IMG/VR virus record: IMGVR_UViG_3300021511_000003
Coordinates: 124,001-188,000 of that record
Strand: one strand, 5' to 3'
DNA length: 64,000 bases
Shown: in pieces, positions 21,359 to 31,223 of the stretch
Position numbering within the stretch: position 1 is the stretch's first letter
Layout: each line of letters begins with the position of its first letter
The notes under the pieces: model-generated
Database searches by the model: none
What the model saw: the letters and a program-made list of their open reading frames with translations, nothing else
Told to the model about the DNA's origin: nothing
Translations under genes and position numbers: made by a program

Positions 21359-22085
21359 TCAAAAACTTATTGTTATACATGGTTCTCATAATTGTGGAAA
21401 AACTATTTTATATAATTTATTTAAGAATGAAGGTGGATATATTTGTTTAGATTTGTATAAACCACATTATAAAGTATATGAACAACAATCTTTAGAACAA
21501 TTAGGTAAAAAAAATTATGAAAGATTAAAAAAATACATTCTATCTAATAATACTTCGTCGACTGTTGATTTGTGTAATGAAATTACTTTTATGATGAATC
21601 AATTTTCTGATTATGATTTTGTTATAAAACCTGGTATGTCATGGGCCAATTGGAATTATTTTATGGAATTTTCACCGGTTAAACTAGAAAATATTAAACA
21701 CTTTCATGTATTTAGACATCCAAAAATATGGTTGGCTACATGTTATAATAAGAAGTTAAATATAGAAGACTTTATTTTAAACGTCATTGGTAATTATCAA
21801 GATTATAAAGACTCACCGGAAACACATCATTTAATTAAAATTGAAGATATTAAATATAACAGTTTACTAAAAACATTACTTAAAAATACTAATTTAGATA
21901 ATTTATTACCTTATACTATTTTTGATTTGAATATATATCGCACTAATATATTTAACAGTTTTGATGATTTCAAAAACGATTTGAAAATTATTGAAATAAA
22001 GTTAAAAGAAGTATTACAATATTTAAAGTATGATATTGAAGATGTGAACACACTAATTTATTTAGAAAAATTATATAACTTATAG
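21345..22085 (+). CDS. P-loop/sulfotransferase-like protein, paralog 1 (ends in TAG)
   Basis: IHGSHNCGKT, FRHP, IKIED; aligns with 22098-22859. Confidence 0.6.
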   Translation: MQKSDQKLIVIHGSHNCGKTILYNLFKNEGGYICLDLYKPHYKVYEQQSLEQLGKKNYERLKKYILSNNTSSTVDLCNEITFMMNQFSDYDFVIKPGMSWANWNYFMEFSPVKLENIKHFHVFRHPKIWLATCYNKKLNIEDFILNVIGNYQDYKDSPETHHLIKIEDIKYNSLLKTLLKNTNLDNLLPYTIFDLNIYRTNIFNSFDDFKNDLKIIEIKLKEVLQYLKYDIEDVNTLIYLEKLYNL

Positions 22086-22097
22086 GAAAATTTTATT

Positions 22098-22859
22098 ATG
22101 AACTCTAAAAATGATCAAAAACTTATTATAATAAATGGATTATTAAATAGTGGTAAAACTATATTATTTAATTTATTAAGAAAAGAAAAAAACTTTATAT
22201 GTTTAGATATATCACCACATCATTATAAAATTTATGAGCAAGAAACAATAGATCAAATAGGAAAGGAAAATCTTATTGGATTGAAACCATATGTTGAAAC
22301 AACTGATATTTTTATTACTGAAAATTTTTTAAGGGAATTTGGTTTGTTAATGCAAAAATTTCCGGAGTATAGTTTTGCTATTAAACCAGGAAATTATAAC
22401 TGGGTTGCAAAAGAATATAATGATAAATGGTTAAAACTAAAAGAACAATATATGCCTGGTGTAAAATTGAGTAATATTCATCACGTATTCGCAATTAGGA
22501 ATCCAATGATATCATGGACCACAACATATATGAAGAATATGACTAAGTTTCTTGAATTGTGGGGAGGACAGAATTTAGAAGACCTAAATTTATATGAAAT
22601 AATCAAAATTGAAGAAATTAAAGATAATAAATTATTTAATCAAATAATTAAAAATAACGACTTGAAACAGGTTGTGCCTTATACCATATTTGATTTGAAA
22701 CAAAAACCTTTCAATAATTATGACAATCTTATGCAACAATTAAAAATAGTTGAAAAAGAATTGAGAGGGTTGATGGAATTTTTAAGTTATAAAAAAGAAG
22801 ACTCTGCTATTCAAATGTTTTTGGATGATGATTTGGATAAGTACACAGGAGGAATTTAA
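22098..22859 (+). CDS. P-loop/sulfotransferase-like protein, paralog 2
   Basis: INGLLNSGKT, IRNP, IKIEE, PYTIFDL shared with paralog 1. Confidence 0.6.
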   Translation: MNSKNDQKLIIINGLLNSGKTILFNLLRKEKNFICLDISPHHYKIYEQETIDQIGKENLIGLKPYVETTDIFITENFLREFGLLMQKFPEYSFAIKPGNYNWVAKEYNDKWLKLKEQYMPGVKLSNIHHVFAIRNPMISWTTTYMKNMTKFLELWGGQNLEDLNLYEIIKIEEIKDNKLFNQIIKNNDLKQVVPYTIFDLKQKPFNNYDNLMQQLKIVEKELRGLMEFLSYKKEDSAIQMFLDDDLDKYTGGI

Positions 22860-23467
22860 TGAAGTATATTATTGATACAGCATTTCAACCAGATATTAAT
22901 ATATGGAAAGATCATGTCGTGGGTGTTACAAGTAATCCAATCCTTTTACATAACTCAAGAATAACTGCTGTTAATTTTTTTATTAATAATAGACATCTAT
23001 TCAATAATGTTTTTGTACAGGTTAATTCACAAAAAGATATTGATGAATTACTTACAGTGGATTTAAATAGAAATAGGATAATCTTTAAAGTTCCTCTTGT
23101 ATTAAAACATGAATTTAATGGATATAAAATGCTACAATATTTAATCAATAAAGGATATAGAACATGCGCAACTATTGTTTATGATATTGAGCAGTTTGAT
23201 TATGCATGTGAAATTGGATCGGAGTTCAGTATTGTATTATATGCTAAAAATTCCAATAATTTTATAATGAGTCAATGTTGTAATTTAAAACGAAAAATGG
23301 GTTATAAAACCAAAATTATTGCAGCAAGTTTCAGATATGCTGATCATGTATTTGACTGTATAAAAGCTGGTGTTGATTATGCTACAGTACCACCAAAAAT
23401 TATGGAGAAAATATTTCATAATAAAAAAGCAATTGATGAATACAATAGATTTTACGGGATTGAATAA
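22859..23467 (+). CDS. Transaldolase / fructose-6-phosphate aldolase family
   Basis: IDTA, GVTSNP, FKVP, IIAASFR, TVPP. Confidence 0.88.
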   Translation: MKYIIDTAFQPDINIWKDHVVGVTSNPILLHNSRITAVNFFINNRHLFNNVFVQVNSQKDIDELLTVDLNRNRIIFKVPLVLKHEFNGYKMLQYLINKGYRTCATIVYDIEQFDYACEIGSEFSIVLYAKNSNNFIMSQCCNLKRKMGYKTKIIAASFRYADHVFDCIKAGVDYATVPPKIMEKIFHNKKAIDEYNRFYGIE

Positions 23468-24198
23468 TGAAAACAGTTGCTATTATATCAACAAGATTAA
23501 CTTCACAACGATTTCCTAATAAATTAATTCAAATATTTAATGGGAAAAGAATAATAGATCATGTAATTCAAAACACAAAAAAATTAGATTTTGTTGATGA
23601 TATTATAATTGGAAGTAATGATAATCAGTTTGCTCAGCAGTTATGCAAGAGCTATAAATTTATAAAGAGTAGTCATACATCTGAAGCAACTTGTGGAAGT
23701 CAGAGAGCGTATAACTTTTATTTAACTGATCCTAGTTATGATTTTTATATGTCTGTACCTGCTGATGAACCAGCAATTAATCCAATTGAAGTGAATAAAG
23801 TTTTTAATAAAAAGACACAGTTTAATACAGATGAAATTATAACTTTTTACACAAAATTTTATTGTAATAGAGATCTGACCAGTCATTTATCTTGTAAAAT
23901 AGTTTCTGATGATAAAAACTTTATGATTTATAATTCAAGAGCTGTAGTACCTGTAAATAAAGATGGCACATATTTGAATTTGGAACAATATAAAAAACAT
24001 GTTGGTTTATTTGTTTTTCCGAGAGAAGTATTTACCAAACACGGTAATCTTTGGGAAAACACAACTGATATTGAATCTCTTGAGCAAAATAAATTTATGC
24101 AGAGTTTTGTACATGTTAGATTAGTTGAAATGAATCATATTGGTTTTGGTATTGATACACCAGACCAAATAAAACAATTAGAAAGTAGGTTAAAATGA
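23467..24198 (+). CDS. kdsB: CMP-KDO synthetase (cytidylyltransferase)
   Basis: RLTSQRFPNK, GSQR, DEP, SR..VP, KHVG, ESLEQ, IDTPD. Confidence 0.85.
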   Translation: MKTVAIISTRLTSQRFPNKLIQIFNGKRIIDHVIQNTKKLDFVDDIIIGSNDNQFAQQLCKSYKFIKSSHTSEATCGSQRAYNFYLTDPSYDFYMSVPADEPAINPIEVNKVFNKKTQFNTDEIITFYTKFYCNRDLTSHLSCKIVSDDKNFMIYNSRAVVPVNKDGTYLNLEQYKKHVGLFVFPREVFTKHGNLWENTTDIESLEQNKFMQSFVHVRLVEMNHIGFGIDTPDQIKQLESRLK

Positions 24199-24584
24199 AA
24201 AATATTGGGATTGTTGGTACTCGAAGTAGAAATACATCAATGGTTCGTACATTAATCGAAAAAAAATTTTGGAAAATATACGAAGAAGGTGATTTTATTT
24301 GTTCTGGTGGGTGTCAAAAAGGTGCTGATAGGTTTGCTGAACAAATTGCAAAGAGTGAGGGTATTCCGATATTAATTATATATCCTAACTATAAAAAATT
24401 CAAGTTGGGAGCCCCAATTATTCGTAATGGTTCTATAGCAGAGAATTCAGATGTTGTAATTGCTTGTGTAAAAAGACCACAAGAAGGAATAGAAGAAGTA
24501 TTAAAAAGAAAAAAAGGTGGAACAGAAGATATGTTAAAAAAGTTTATTAAGATGAAACCACAAGGTCAAATATTTTTGGTTTAA
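24195..24584 (+). CDS. SLOG/DprA-like Rossmann protein
   Basis: IGIVGTR, SGGCQKGAD, RN..IA, GGT. Confidence 0.75.
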   Translation: MKNIGIVGTRSRNTSMVRTLIEKKFWKIYEEGDFICSGGCQKGADRFAEQIAKSEGIPILIIYPNYKKFKLGAPIIRNGSIAENSDVVIACVKRPQEGIEEVLKRKKGGTEDMLKKFIKMKPQGQIFLV

Positions 24585-24666
24585 GAACAAAATTTAAATA
24601 AGATAGGAGAGTTATGTGGTTTTTTGTATATGAAAAATTAATGCCTGATTTGAAAGAGAGTAAATA

Positions 24667-25110
24667 ATGAATAATATAGAAGAACAAGAAAGCTTAGAAA
24701 TACAAATGTCAAGAGTTGTTGTAGAATCTCCTTATTCTGGTAATCATGATCTGAATGAAGCATATGCGGAATTTGTAATGTATGATTGTATTATTAATTA
24801 TCATGAAAGTCCTTATGCATCACATTTATTATATACACGAAGATTTGTTTTAAATGATGATGTAGAAAGTGAAAGAAATCTTGGTATTAAAGCAGGATTT
24901 TGTTGGCGAGATGTTGCTGACAAAACTGTTTTTTATACTGATATTGGAATGACGAAAGGAATGAAAAAGGGTATTAGAGATTGTATTACTAAAAATAAAC
25001 CATATGAAATTAGAATATTGCCTATTGATTTATGGATAAAATTTTCAGATTTTTGTATGGCTCAAAATTATATAGTTAAAAAGGATAATACACAGGAGGT
25101 ATTATTATGA
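24667..25110 (+). CDS. Conserved phage protein (deoxyribosyltransferase-like fold)
   Basis: VVESPYSG, ESPYASHLLY, ER.LGI.AG, Y.D.G...GM. Confidence 0.6.
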   Translation: MNNIEEQESLEIQMSRVVVESPYSGNHDLNEAYAEFVMYDCIINYHESPYASHLLYTRRFVLNDDVESERNLGIKAGFCWRDVADKTVFYTDIGMTKGMKKGIRDCITKNKPYEIRILPIDLWIKFSDFCMAQNYIVKKDNTQEVLL

Positions 25111-25403
25111 TAACAATTATAGAAAAGACAAAAGATGAACTTGAACCAAGATTTGGCTTAGCCAGATCAAAGCAAAGAGAAGTGTATATTCGAGAAGATT
25201 TACCCAAATGGATAAAAATGTCAGTAATTCTGCATGAACTTTATCATATTGATGATGATGCAACGAATGTATTTTGGCGTGAAATAAAAGCCATTATGTC
25301 TCAATTATTTATGACATTTTTTGGTGGTATTGGATGTATTTTTATGAGTTTATCTATTAAACGATTAAAGTTTTACATCCAACGGATAAAAAATAAAAAA
25401 TAG
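25107..25403 (+). CDS. Small HExxH metallopeptidase-like protein
   Basis: ILHELYH; GGAGG RBS. Confidence 0.55.
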   Translation: MITIIEKTKDELEPRFGLARSKQREVYIREDLPKWIKMSVILHELYHIDDDATNVFWREIKAIMSQLFMTFFGGIGCIFMSLSIKRLKFYIQRIKNKK

Positions 25404-25413
25404 AAAGGTAAAA

Positions 25414-25890
25414 ATGGAAACAATATATCTAGTAGGTCAGATTTCACCAAAATATAGAGAAACATATCAATGGAGAGAAAACTTAGAAAGTTATTTCAGA
25501 GATTCATCTGATTTTCAATTTATAAATCCTTGTAATAACCTATTTAATAGAAAGATATTAAAAGACGGAGAATATGTTATTACTAAAGAACGACGTATTA
25601 GTGGAATTGATATATTACCCTCAAAGGATTATACCTTCTGTAAACGGTCTTCTATGGCAATTGTTAATATGAATCATTATGATTCTAATAAACCATTATT
25701 GGGGTCATACTTTGAGTTAGCATGGTATTATACAATGCCTGAGAAGACTGTTATTGGTTTTGCAAATGATTTGGATGATTATGAATGTCAGCATCCATTT
25801 GTTCAACAAGCAGTAACTACATGGTGTAATGATGAATTTGAAGCTGCAGCACTTATTGATCAATATTTTTCATTTGCCTATGGGATGTAA
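25414..25890 (+). CDS. Nucleoside 2-deoxyribosyltransferase-like protein
   Basis: IYLVGQI, WRE, INP, GSYFELAW, HPF. Confidence 0.7.
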   Translation: METIYLVGQISPKYRETYQWRENLESYFRDSSDFQFINPCNNLFNRKILKDGEYVITKERRISGIDILPSKDYTFCKRSSMAIVNMNHYDSNKPLLGSYFELAWYYTMPEKTVIGFANDLDDYECQHPFVQQAVTTWCNDEFEAAALIDQYFSFAYGM

Positions 25891-25895
25891 TTAAT

Positions 25896-26741
25896 ATGAA
25901 ATATAAAATTGGTATTATTGGTTTTGGTTTTTTGGGGCGTGCCTTAGCACATGGTTTTGTGTTGCATGCTGATATTAAAATTTATGATAAATATGAAAAT
26001 AAATTTGATACACTTGAAGAAACTGTCAATGAATCAGATTTTATTTTTGTTGGTGTACCTACACCAATGAATGATGATGGTTCACAGAATTTATCTAATA
26101 TATATGATGCTATAAAAAATATTAATTCTGTTGCTACAACTAATAAGATAATTATTTTGAGAAGTACAATCATACCTGGAACAACTAGGAGTATTGCAAA
26201 AATATATCCAAATCATGATTTTGTTTTCTTCCCTGAATTTTTAACTGAAAGAACAGCAAAATTAGATTTTATTAATCCAGCTCGTTTGATTTTTGGTGGT
26301 GATGAAATAGTCATAGCAAGAATTGTTGAATTATTTCGATTAAGATTTACATATACTCCTATATTTCAAACCACATGGGAAGCAGCAGAGGTATCAAAAT
26401 ATATGGTTAATTGTTTCTTTGCTGTTAAGATTTCATTTTTAAATGAATTATATGATATTGCTGAAAGAATTGGAGTTGAATATAATGATCTAAGAGATAT
26501 GTGGCTTGCTGATTGTAGAATTGGTAATAGTCATGCAGATATCCCTGGACATGATAATCATAGAGGGTATGGGGGGAAGTGTTTTCCGAAAGATGTGAAA
26601 GCATTTGTTAATTGGGCAGAGGAACATAATTTGAATGTGGATATGTGTAAAGCAGCGGATAATGTTAATGAAAGAGTAAGAAAAGAAAAAGATTGGTTTA
26701 ATATTAAAGGAGCTACAACAAAAAATTTATATGAAAGGTAG
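25896..26741 (+). CDS. ugd: UDP-glucose/GDP-mannose dehydrogenase family (short form, no C-terminal domain)
   Basis: GFGFLG, VPTP, RSTIIPG, PEFL, GYGGKCFPKD. Confidence 0.88.
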   Translation: MKYKIGIIGFGFLGRALAHGFVLHADIKIYDKYENKFDTLEETVNESDFIFVGVPTPMNDDGSQNLSNIYDAIKNINSVATTNKIIILRSTIIPGTTRSIAKIYPNHDFVFFPEFLTERTAKLDFINPARLIFGGDEIVIARIVELFRLRFTYTPIFQTTWEAAEVSKYMVNCFFAVKISFLNELYDIAERIGVEYNDLRDMWLADCRIGNSHADIPGHDNHRGYGGKCFPKDVKAFVNWAEEHNLNVDMCKAADNVNERVRKEKDWFNIKGATTKNLYER

Positions 26742-27231
26742 ATATGTAATGCATGAAATTCCAAAAGAAAATGAAATAAAAGAGTATATCAGAAATACTG
26801 ATGAAGAAAAACAAATGGGTCAAAAAGTTGCTGGAAGATTCAGTGCTGGAAAAATTCGTCATGATTTAATTGCACCTTGGGCATTGAATGAACTTGCTAA
26901 AGTTTATACTTATGGTACACAAAAATATGATGATGATAATTGGTGGAAAGGATTGAAATGGAAACGTGATGTGTTTGGTTGTATTCTTCGTCATGTTTGG
27001 AGTTGGTTCCGAGGTGAAAAATTTGATGATGAAAGTGGAGTACATCATTTGGCTCATGCTGCGTGGAACTGTTTTACATTAATGTCTTACGAAAGACACA
27101 AACTAGGTATTGATGATCGAATACCATTTGAACTTGATTTATTGGATTCGCAAGAACGTACACGGAGAATTGTCATGTGGAAACAGATGGTTTCTGAAGG
27201 AAAAGAAAAAGAATATAACGGTCTTCTTTAA
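26731..27231 (+). CDS. dATP/dGTP diphosphohydrolase-like protein (DUF5664-type)
   Basis: GK.R.DLI, YG..KY..DNW.KG, D.ESG.HHLAHAAWN. Confidence 0.8.
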   Translation: MKGRYVMHEIPKENEIKEYIRNTDEEKQMGQKVAGRFSAGKIRHDLIAPWALNELAKVYTYGTQKYDDDNWWKGLKWKRDVFGCILRHVWSWFRGEKFDDESGVHHLAHAAWNCFTLMSYERHKLGIDDRIPFELDLLDSQERTRRIVMWKQMVSEGKEKEYNGLL

Positions 27232-27270
27232 GAACAAATATATGACTTACAAATTAAGTGAGGAAAAAAA

Positions 27271-27477
27271 ATGAAAAGACGAGTCGTTATAGAAATAAAA
27301 ACTGAATCATATATGGAGGAGCAGTTTATTCATGATAGACTTCCAGATGCTGTTTGGGTAGGTAATAGTGGGGGTGGAATGACTGTATTTTATATTGATA
27401 TTAGTGAAGAAGAACGAGTTTTAAAAGCATTAATAGAATGGAAGGAAATCGAAGAACAGGGGTATAAAGAAACATAA
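27271..27477 (+). CDS. Hypothetical protein
   Basis: GAGG RBS, 68 aa. Confidence 0.6.
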   Translation: MKRRVVIEIKTESYMEEQFIHDRLPDAVWVGNSGGGMTVFYIDISEEERVLKALIEWKEIEEQGYKET

Positions 27478-27490
27478 TTTATTTTTATGT

Positions 27491-27524
27491 AAAAAAATCC
27501 GCCCAGTTATAGGCAGGATTTTTT
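27491..27524. terminator. Bidirectional intrinsic terminator
   Basis: AAAAAAATCCGCC-loop-GGCAGGATTTTTT between convergent genes. Confidence 0.7.
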
Positions 27525-27531
27525 ATTTCAT

Positions 27532-28713
27532 TTATTCAAATGAGATTCCGTTATTGAAATATACTTGTGAAGGTTCGTTGATTGATGATGTGTTTGACAT
27601 AAATATATCTTTTAAACCATCATTATTGACATCTTCAACATTTAAAGTATCATCCCAGTTACCGGTAATGATTATTTCTTGATATAATACTACTTCTCCA
27701 TTACAATTGTTAATATAGACTTTTATGACTGATATATCTGAATAATAATTAGTTTGATATATAACTAGATCATCGTAATCATCATTATTAACATCACTTG
27801 CTACCATAGAAGTAATGACTGGAGGATTATCTTCATTAATATAAATATCTGAATAAGCATCTATAGTATCAATACTACTGAAAGTGAAACTGGTCATGTT
27901 ATTTCTCAAAATCGGTAATTCAGGAAATTCAGAAGAATTTAAATTTGGATCATTCGTTCCACCAAGTATAATTTCCTTAATACCATCATTATCAATATCT
28001 ATTGAAACGATATTAGTGAAAAACAGTTCACTATTACCCCTGTAATCATTTAATTCATCGATAGGAATCCAACTGTTATCAACTACAAAATTACCGTTAC
28101 CATCGTTGATAAAGGCATAAATGGTATCATGAAGTGCACTTGCCATGAAATCTAAATACCCATCATTATTGATATCTACTATTTCTAGGCCATGCCAGAA
28201 TTTATATATTTGCTGGACCTGATCGGATGCATCAATAAGACTACCATTTTGCTCTTGAATCAATAAACGAACATAATCATTACCAAATGGTTCTCTGTCA
28301 TAACCATGGTCAACAGATACAATATCATCTAAACCATCACCATTAAAATCAGCAACTTTTACAAATCGAGCAAACATTTTGATAGATGAAGTTGTTTTTA
28401 CATATTGATCGTTCCCATTATTGGTAAAATATACCATGGCGAAGTAATCACGAGTTTCAGTTCCGTAATTATCATCAGCGTTTAGGATTATGATGTCTTG
28501 ATCACCATCATTGGACAAATCAATTTCAAATGTATAAATCCACCCATCAACTTGATCTATATAATTATTAACTTCTGATAAATTACTAACACTCGGATTG
28601 GATTTGTTACTGGATGTATCTGAACTGCTGCCTCCACCTCCACCTCCACATGCACAAATCATTAAAGAAAATACTGTAATAATTATAAGTTTAATAAAAT
28701 TTTTCATTATCAT
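27532..28713 (-). CDS. FG-GAP repeat lipoprotein
   Basis: Signal peptide with CACGGGGGGSS lipobox; repeated DxNxDGxxD motifs. Confidence 0.85.
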   Translation of the reverse strand: MIMKNFIKLIIITVFSLMICACGGGGGGSSSDTSSNKSNPSVSNLSEVNNYIDQVDGWIYTFEIDLSNDGDQDIIILNADDNYGTETRDYFAMVYFTNNGNDQYVKTTSSIKMFARFVKVADFNGDGLDDIVSVDHGYDREPFGNDYVRLLIQEQNGSLIDASDQVQQIYKFWHGLEIVDINNDGYLDFMASALHDTIYAFINDGNGNFVVDNSWIPIDELNDYRGNSELFFTNIVSIDIDNDGIKEIILGGTNDPNLNSSEFPELPILRNNMTSFTFSSIDTIDAYSDIYINEDNPPVITSMVASDVNNDDYDDLVIYQTNYYSDISVIKVYINNCNGEVVLYQEIIITGNWDDTLNVEDVNNDGLKDIFMSNTSSINEPSQVYFNNGISFE

Positions 28714-28761
28714 TTTCCTCCTATTTTATAACATTAATATTAAATTATAAATAAAATCCTT

Positions 28762-28782
28762 ATCATAATTTAATATATATAG
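28762..28782 (-). promoter_or_regulatory. Phage promoter motif A
   Basis: + strand ATCATAATTTAATATATATAG upstream of lipoprotein gene. Confidence 0.65.
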
Positions 28783-28903
28783 CAGAACAGATATTACTTT
28801 AATATCTGAGATGTTATTTTGTTATTTTGGAACATAATTCAAATATAAGTATCATAATGAAAAATGTTTATACAGAAGAATCAATAAAAGAAACGGAGAA
28901 AAA

Positions 28904-29341
28904 ATGGAAAAAAACATGAGCGAACAGGCAAATGCTGGAATGACAAGAGATGATAGTTCAACTGCAACAAGATTACTTGATAAAAATTGGAGTCCTTTAA
29001 TTGTAAGAAAATATCAAATGGAAGGATGGCCTTTATTTGTATCATTAATTTGTGATGCTAATCTAAATGATCTTGATCAAACAGTTTACGAAATTCACGA
29101 TCAAGCAAAAGAAGCTGGATTTGTTGACGGAACAATTCAGGGGGGTAGAAATTATTGTGGTTTTTTGAGTGATAAAATTAAAGAACATTATGATGAAATA
29201 AAAAGAGGCTGTGTAGAAGGAGTAGCTATATTATGGTATATTGATAAATGTTTTATTTCTAGTCTTTATGGAGATTTTATGGTTCATAATTCATGTAAAA
29301 ATGAATTATTTCAAATAATTAATACACTACCACATATATAA
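28904..29341 (+). CDS. Hypothetical protein
   Basis: GGAG RBS, 145 aa. Confidence 0.7.
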   Translation: MEKNMSEQANAGMTRDDSSTATRLLDKNWSPLIVRKYQMEGWPLFVSLICDANLNDLDQTVYEIHDQAKEAGFVDGTIQGGRNYCGFLSDKIKEHYDEIKRGCVEGVAILWYIDKCFISSLYGDFMVHNSCKNELFQIINTLPHI

Positions 29342-29395
29342 TTTATAACAACCTTCATGATTTAGAACAAGATATAAATCATGGAGGTTGTTAGT

Positions 29396-29825
29396 ATGAA
29401 TGAAAATCCGTTGTGTAAATGTGGTTGTGGAAAAAGAGTTGTAAAGCCAAATAATAAATATATTTTAGGACATAATAAAACAGTTATGACTTTAGGGGCT
29501 AAAGAAAAACAACGTGAGAGAACATATGAAGAATTATATGGAGAAGAAAAAGCTCAACAAGTAAAGAAAAACTATGAAATTAATCCATATAAAAAAAGAG
29601 TTGAAGTAGTACCTGAAGTTAGAAAAATAGTTTTTGAGAGTTAAGTGGAGATGTCAAAAATGTGGGTCCTCCGAAAACCTTGAGTGTCACCATATTGATC
29701 CAATATCACAAGAACCATTTTTTGCAAATGACCCCGATTCTTGTATAACTTTATGTAAAGAATGTCATAAATTTATACATACTAAAATTGATGGGTGTAA
29801 ATATAATGAATTGAAAACGTGCTAA
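29396..29825 (+). pseudogene. Frameshifted, internally deleted HNH endonuclease
   Basis: ORF1 LCKCGCG..YILGHN..TYEELYG; ORF2 WRCQKCG..LECHHIDP..EPFF..CITLCKECH resembles C-terminus of 1480-2430. Confidence 0.75.
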
Positions 29826-29849
29826 AAAGTTAAATAATCAGGAGTAAAA

Positions 29850-30314
29850 ATGTGTTATGCGAGACGATTTGTATTTGAAAATTTTTTACGATTAAAAACA
29901 GATAATATTTTAGAGGAGAATGAAACACCAATGATTGTAGTCGATAAGAGTTGGGGATGGGAAAAATGGTTTGCTGACAATAGTTTATATTTTGGTAAAT
30001 GTTTATATGTTAAAAAAGGTAAATGGTCTTCTTTTGGTAATTTTCATTATCATAAAATCAAAGATGAAACTTTTTTTGTTATTTCAGGTAAGCTACATCT
30101 TGAGTATGTAATTGAAACAGAAAAAGAAATGGAAATTTTAACTTTGATTTTAAATAAGGGTGACTCTTTTAGAGTAAAACCGGGTGTGAAACATAGATTT
30201 ACATCGACTAGTTTTCTCGGTTGTAAATTTATTGAAGCATCTACCACACATAGGGATGAAGATTCATATAGATGTTATTGGGATGAGAATGGGAATAAAT
30301 GGGTTCTAGTATAG
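29850..30314 (+). CDS. Cupin (sugar isomerase-like)
   Basis: KSWGWE, HYHKIKDETF, PGVKHRF, EAST.H.DEDSYR. Confidence 0.8.
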   Translation: MCYARRFVFENFLRLKTDNILEENETPMIVVDKSWGWEKWFADNSLYFGKCLYVKKGKWSSFGNFHYHKIKDETFFVISGKLHLEYVIETEKEMEILTLILNKGDSFRVKPGVKHRFTSTSFLGCKFIEASTTHRDEDSYRCYWDENGNKWVLV

Positions 30315-30721
30315 TATTTACAAATGGGTGTTTTGATGTTTTTCATTATGGTCATCTGCATTTACTGAAAGAAGCCAAAAAATTTGCTGATTTTTTAATT
30401 GTTGGTATAAACAATGATGAATCAATTAGACATTTAAAAGGTGTTGGGCGTCCGATATTTCCTTTGAAGTATAGAATGGCAATATTATCATCATTAATTT
30501 ATGTAGATGAAGTCATACCTTTTAAAGATGACACACCACTTAAACTTATCAGAATAATAAAGCCTGATATTTTAGTAAAAGGTGGGGATTGGAAAGTTGA
30601 TGATATTGTTGGGGCTACTTATGTGATGAAACATGGTGGGAAAGTCAAAACAATACCATTCATTGAAGGATTTTCTTCAACTAAAATATTACAAAATAAA
30701 CAATATGAAAAAAATATATAA
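30299..30721 (+). CDS. rfaE2: Heptose-1-phosphate adenylyltransferase (RfaE domain II / HldC)
   Basis: VFTNGCFDVFHYGH, LKG..RP, PDILVKGGDW, GFSST. Confidence 0.9.
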   Translation: MGSSIVFTNGCFDVFHYGHLHLLKEAKKFADFLIVGINNDESIRHLKGVGRPIFPLKYRMAILSSLIYVDEVIPFKDDTPLKLIRIIKPDILVKGGDWKVDDIVGATYVMKHGGKVKTIPFIEGFSSTKILQNKQYEKNI

Positions 30722-30923
30722 ACGAAGAATATATTGGTTTAGTACAATAAAGGCTTGTGGTGCTGTGGCTGTTGATCAGAATGGTTTTGTTTATAATCTT
30801 GATACAGCACCAATTTTTAGGTGGATGGTAGGTAAAAAATTTGTAGTGATGAAAAACTTTTTAAGAAGTAAAAATCAATTCATTGGATGTAAAAAAATAG
30901 GTGAGGAGGTTGATCCATTCTGA
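30705..30923 (+). CDS. Hypothetical protein
   Basis: 72 aa, coupled to neighbours; APIFRW..GK. Confidence 0.55.
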   Translation: MKKIYKRRIYWFSTIKACGAVAVDQNGFVYNLDTAPIFRWMVGKKFVVMKNFLRSKNQFIGCKKIGEEVDPF

Positions 30924-31222
30924 TGATTTATTGTATTGATGTAGATGGAACAATATGTAATGAAACATGGGATGTTGGATATAAATATGCCAAACCAAAT
31001 CAGAAGATGGTTGATAAAATTAATCGTCTTTATGAGGAAGGACATACAATAAAAATATTTACAGCAAGGGGTCAAGTAACTGGTATTGATCACGAGCAAT
31101 TTACTAAAGATCAATTAAAGAAATGGGGTGTAAAATATCATGAATATCATAAAAAAACTCCTGGTGATTTTTATATAGATGATAAAGCAGTTACACCTGA
31201 AAAATTTTTAATAGGAGAATAA
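30923..31222 (+). CDS. Minimal HAD phosphatase (capsule-biosynthesis type)
   Basis: IDVDGTIC, FTARG, YIDDKA. Confidence 0.85.
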   Translation: MIYCIDVDGTICNETWDVGYKYAKPNQKMVDKINRLYEEGHTIKIFTARGQVTGIDHEQFTKDQLKKWGVKYHEYHKKTPGDFYIDDKAVTPEKFLIGE

Positions 31223-31223
31223 A

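Noticed and set aside
26731-27231. 2-aminoadenine (Z) genome system
   Set aside because: A dATP/dGTP diphosphohydrolase-like gene alone is insufficient; no purZ is present in the window.
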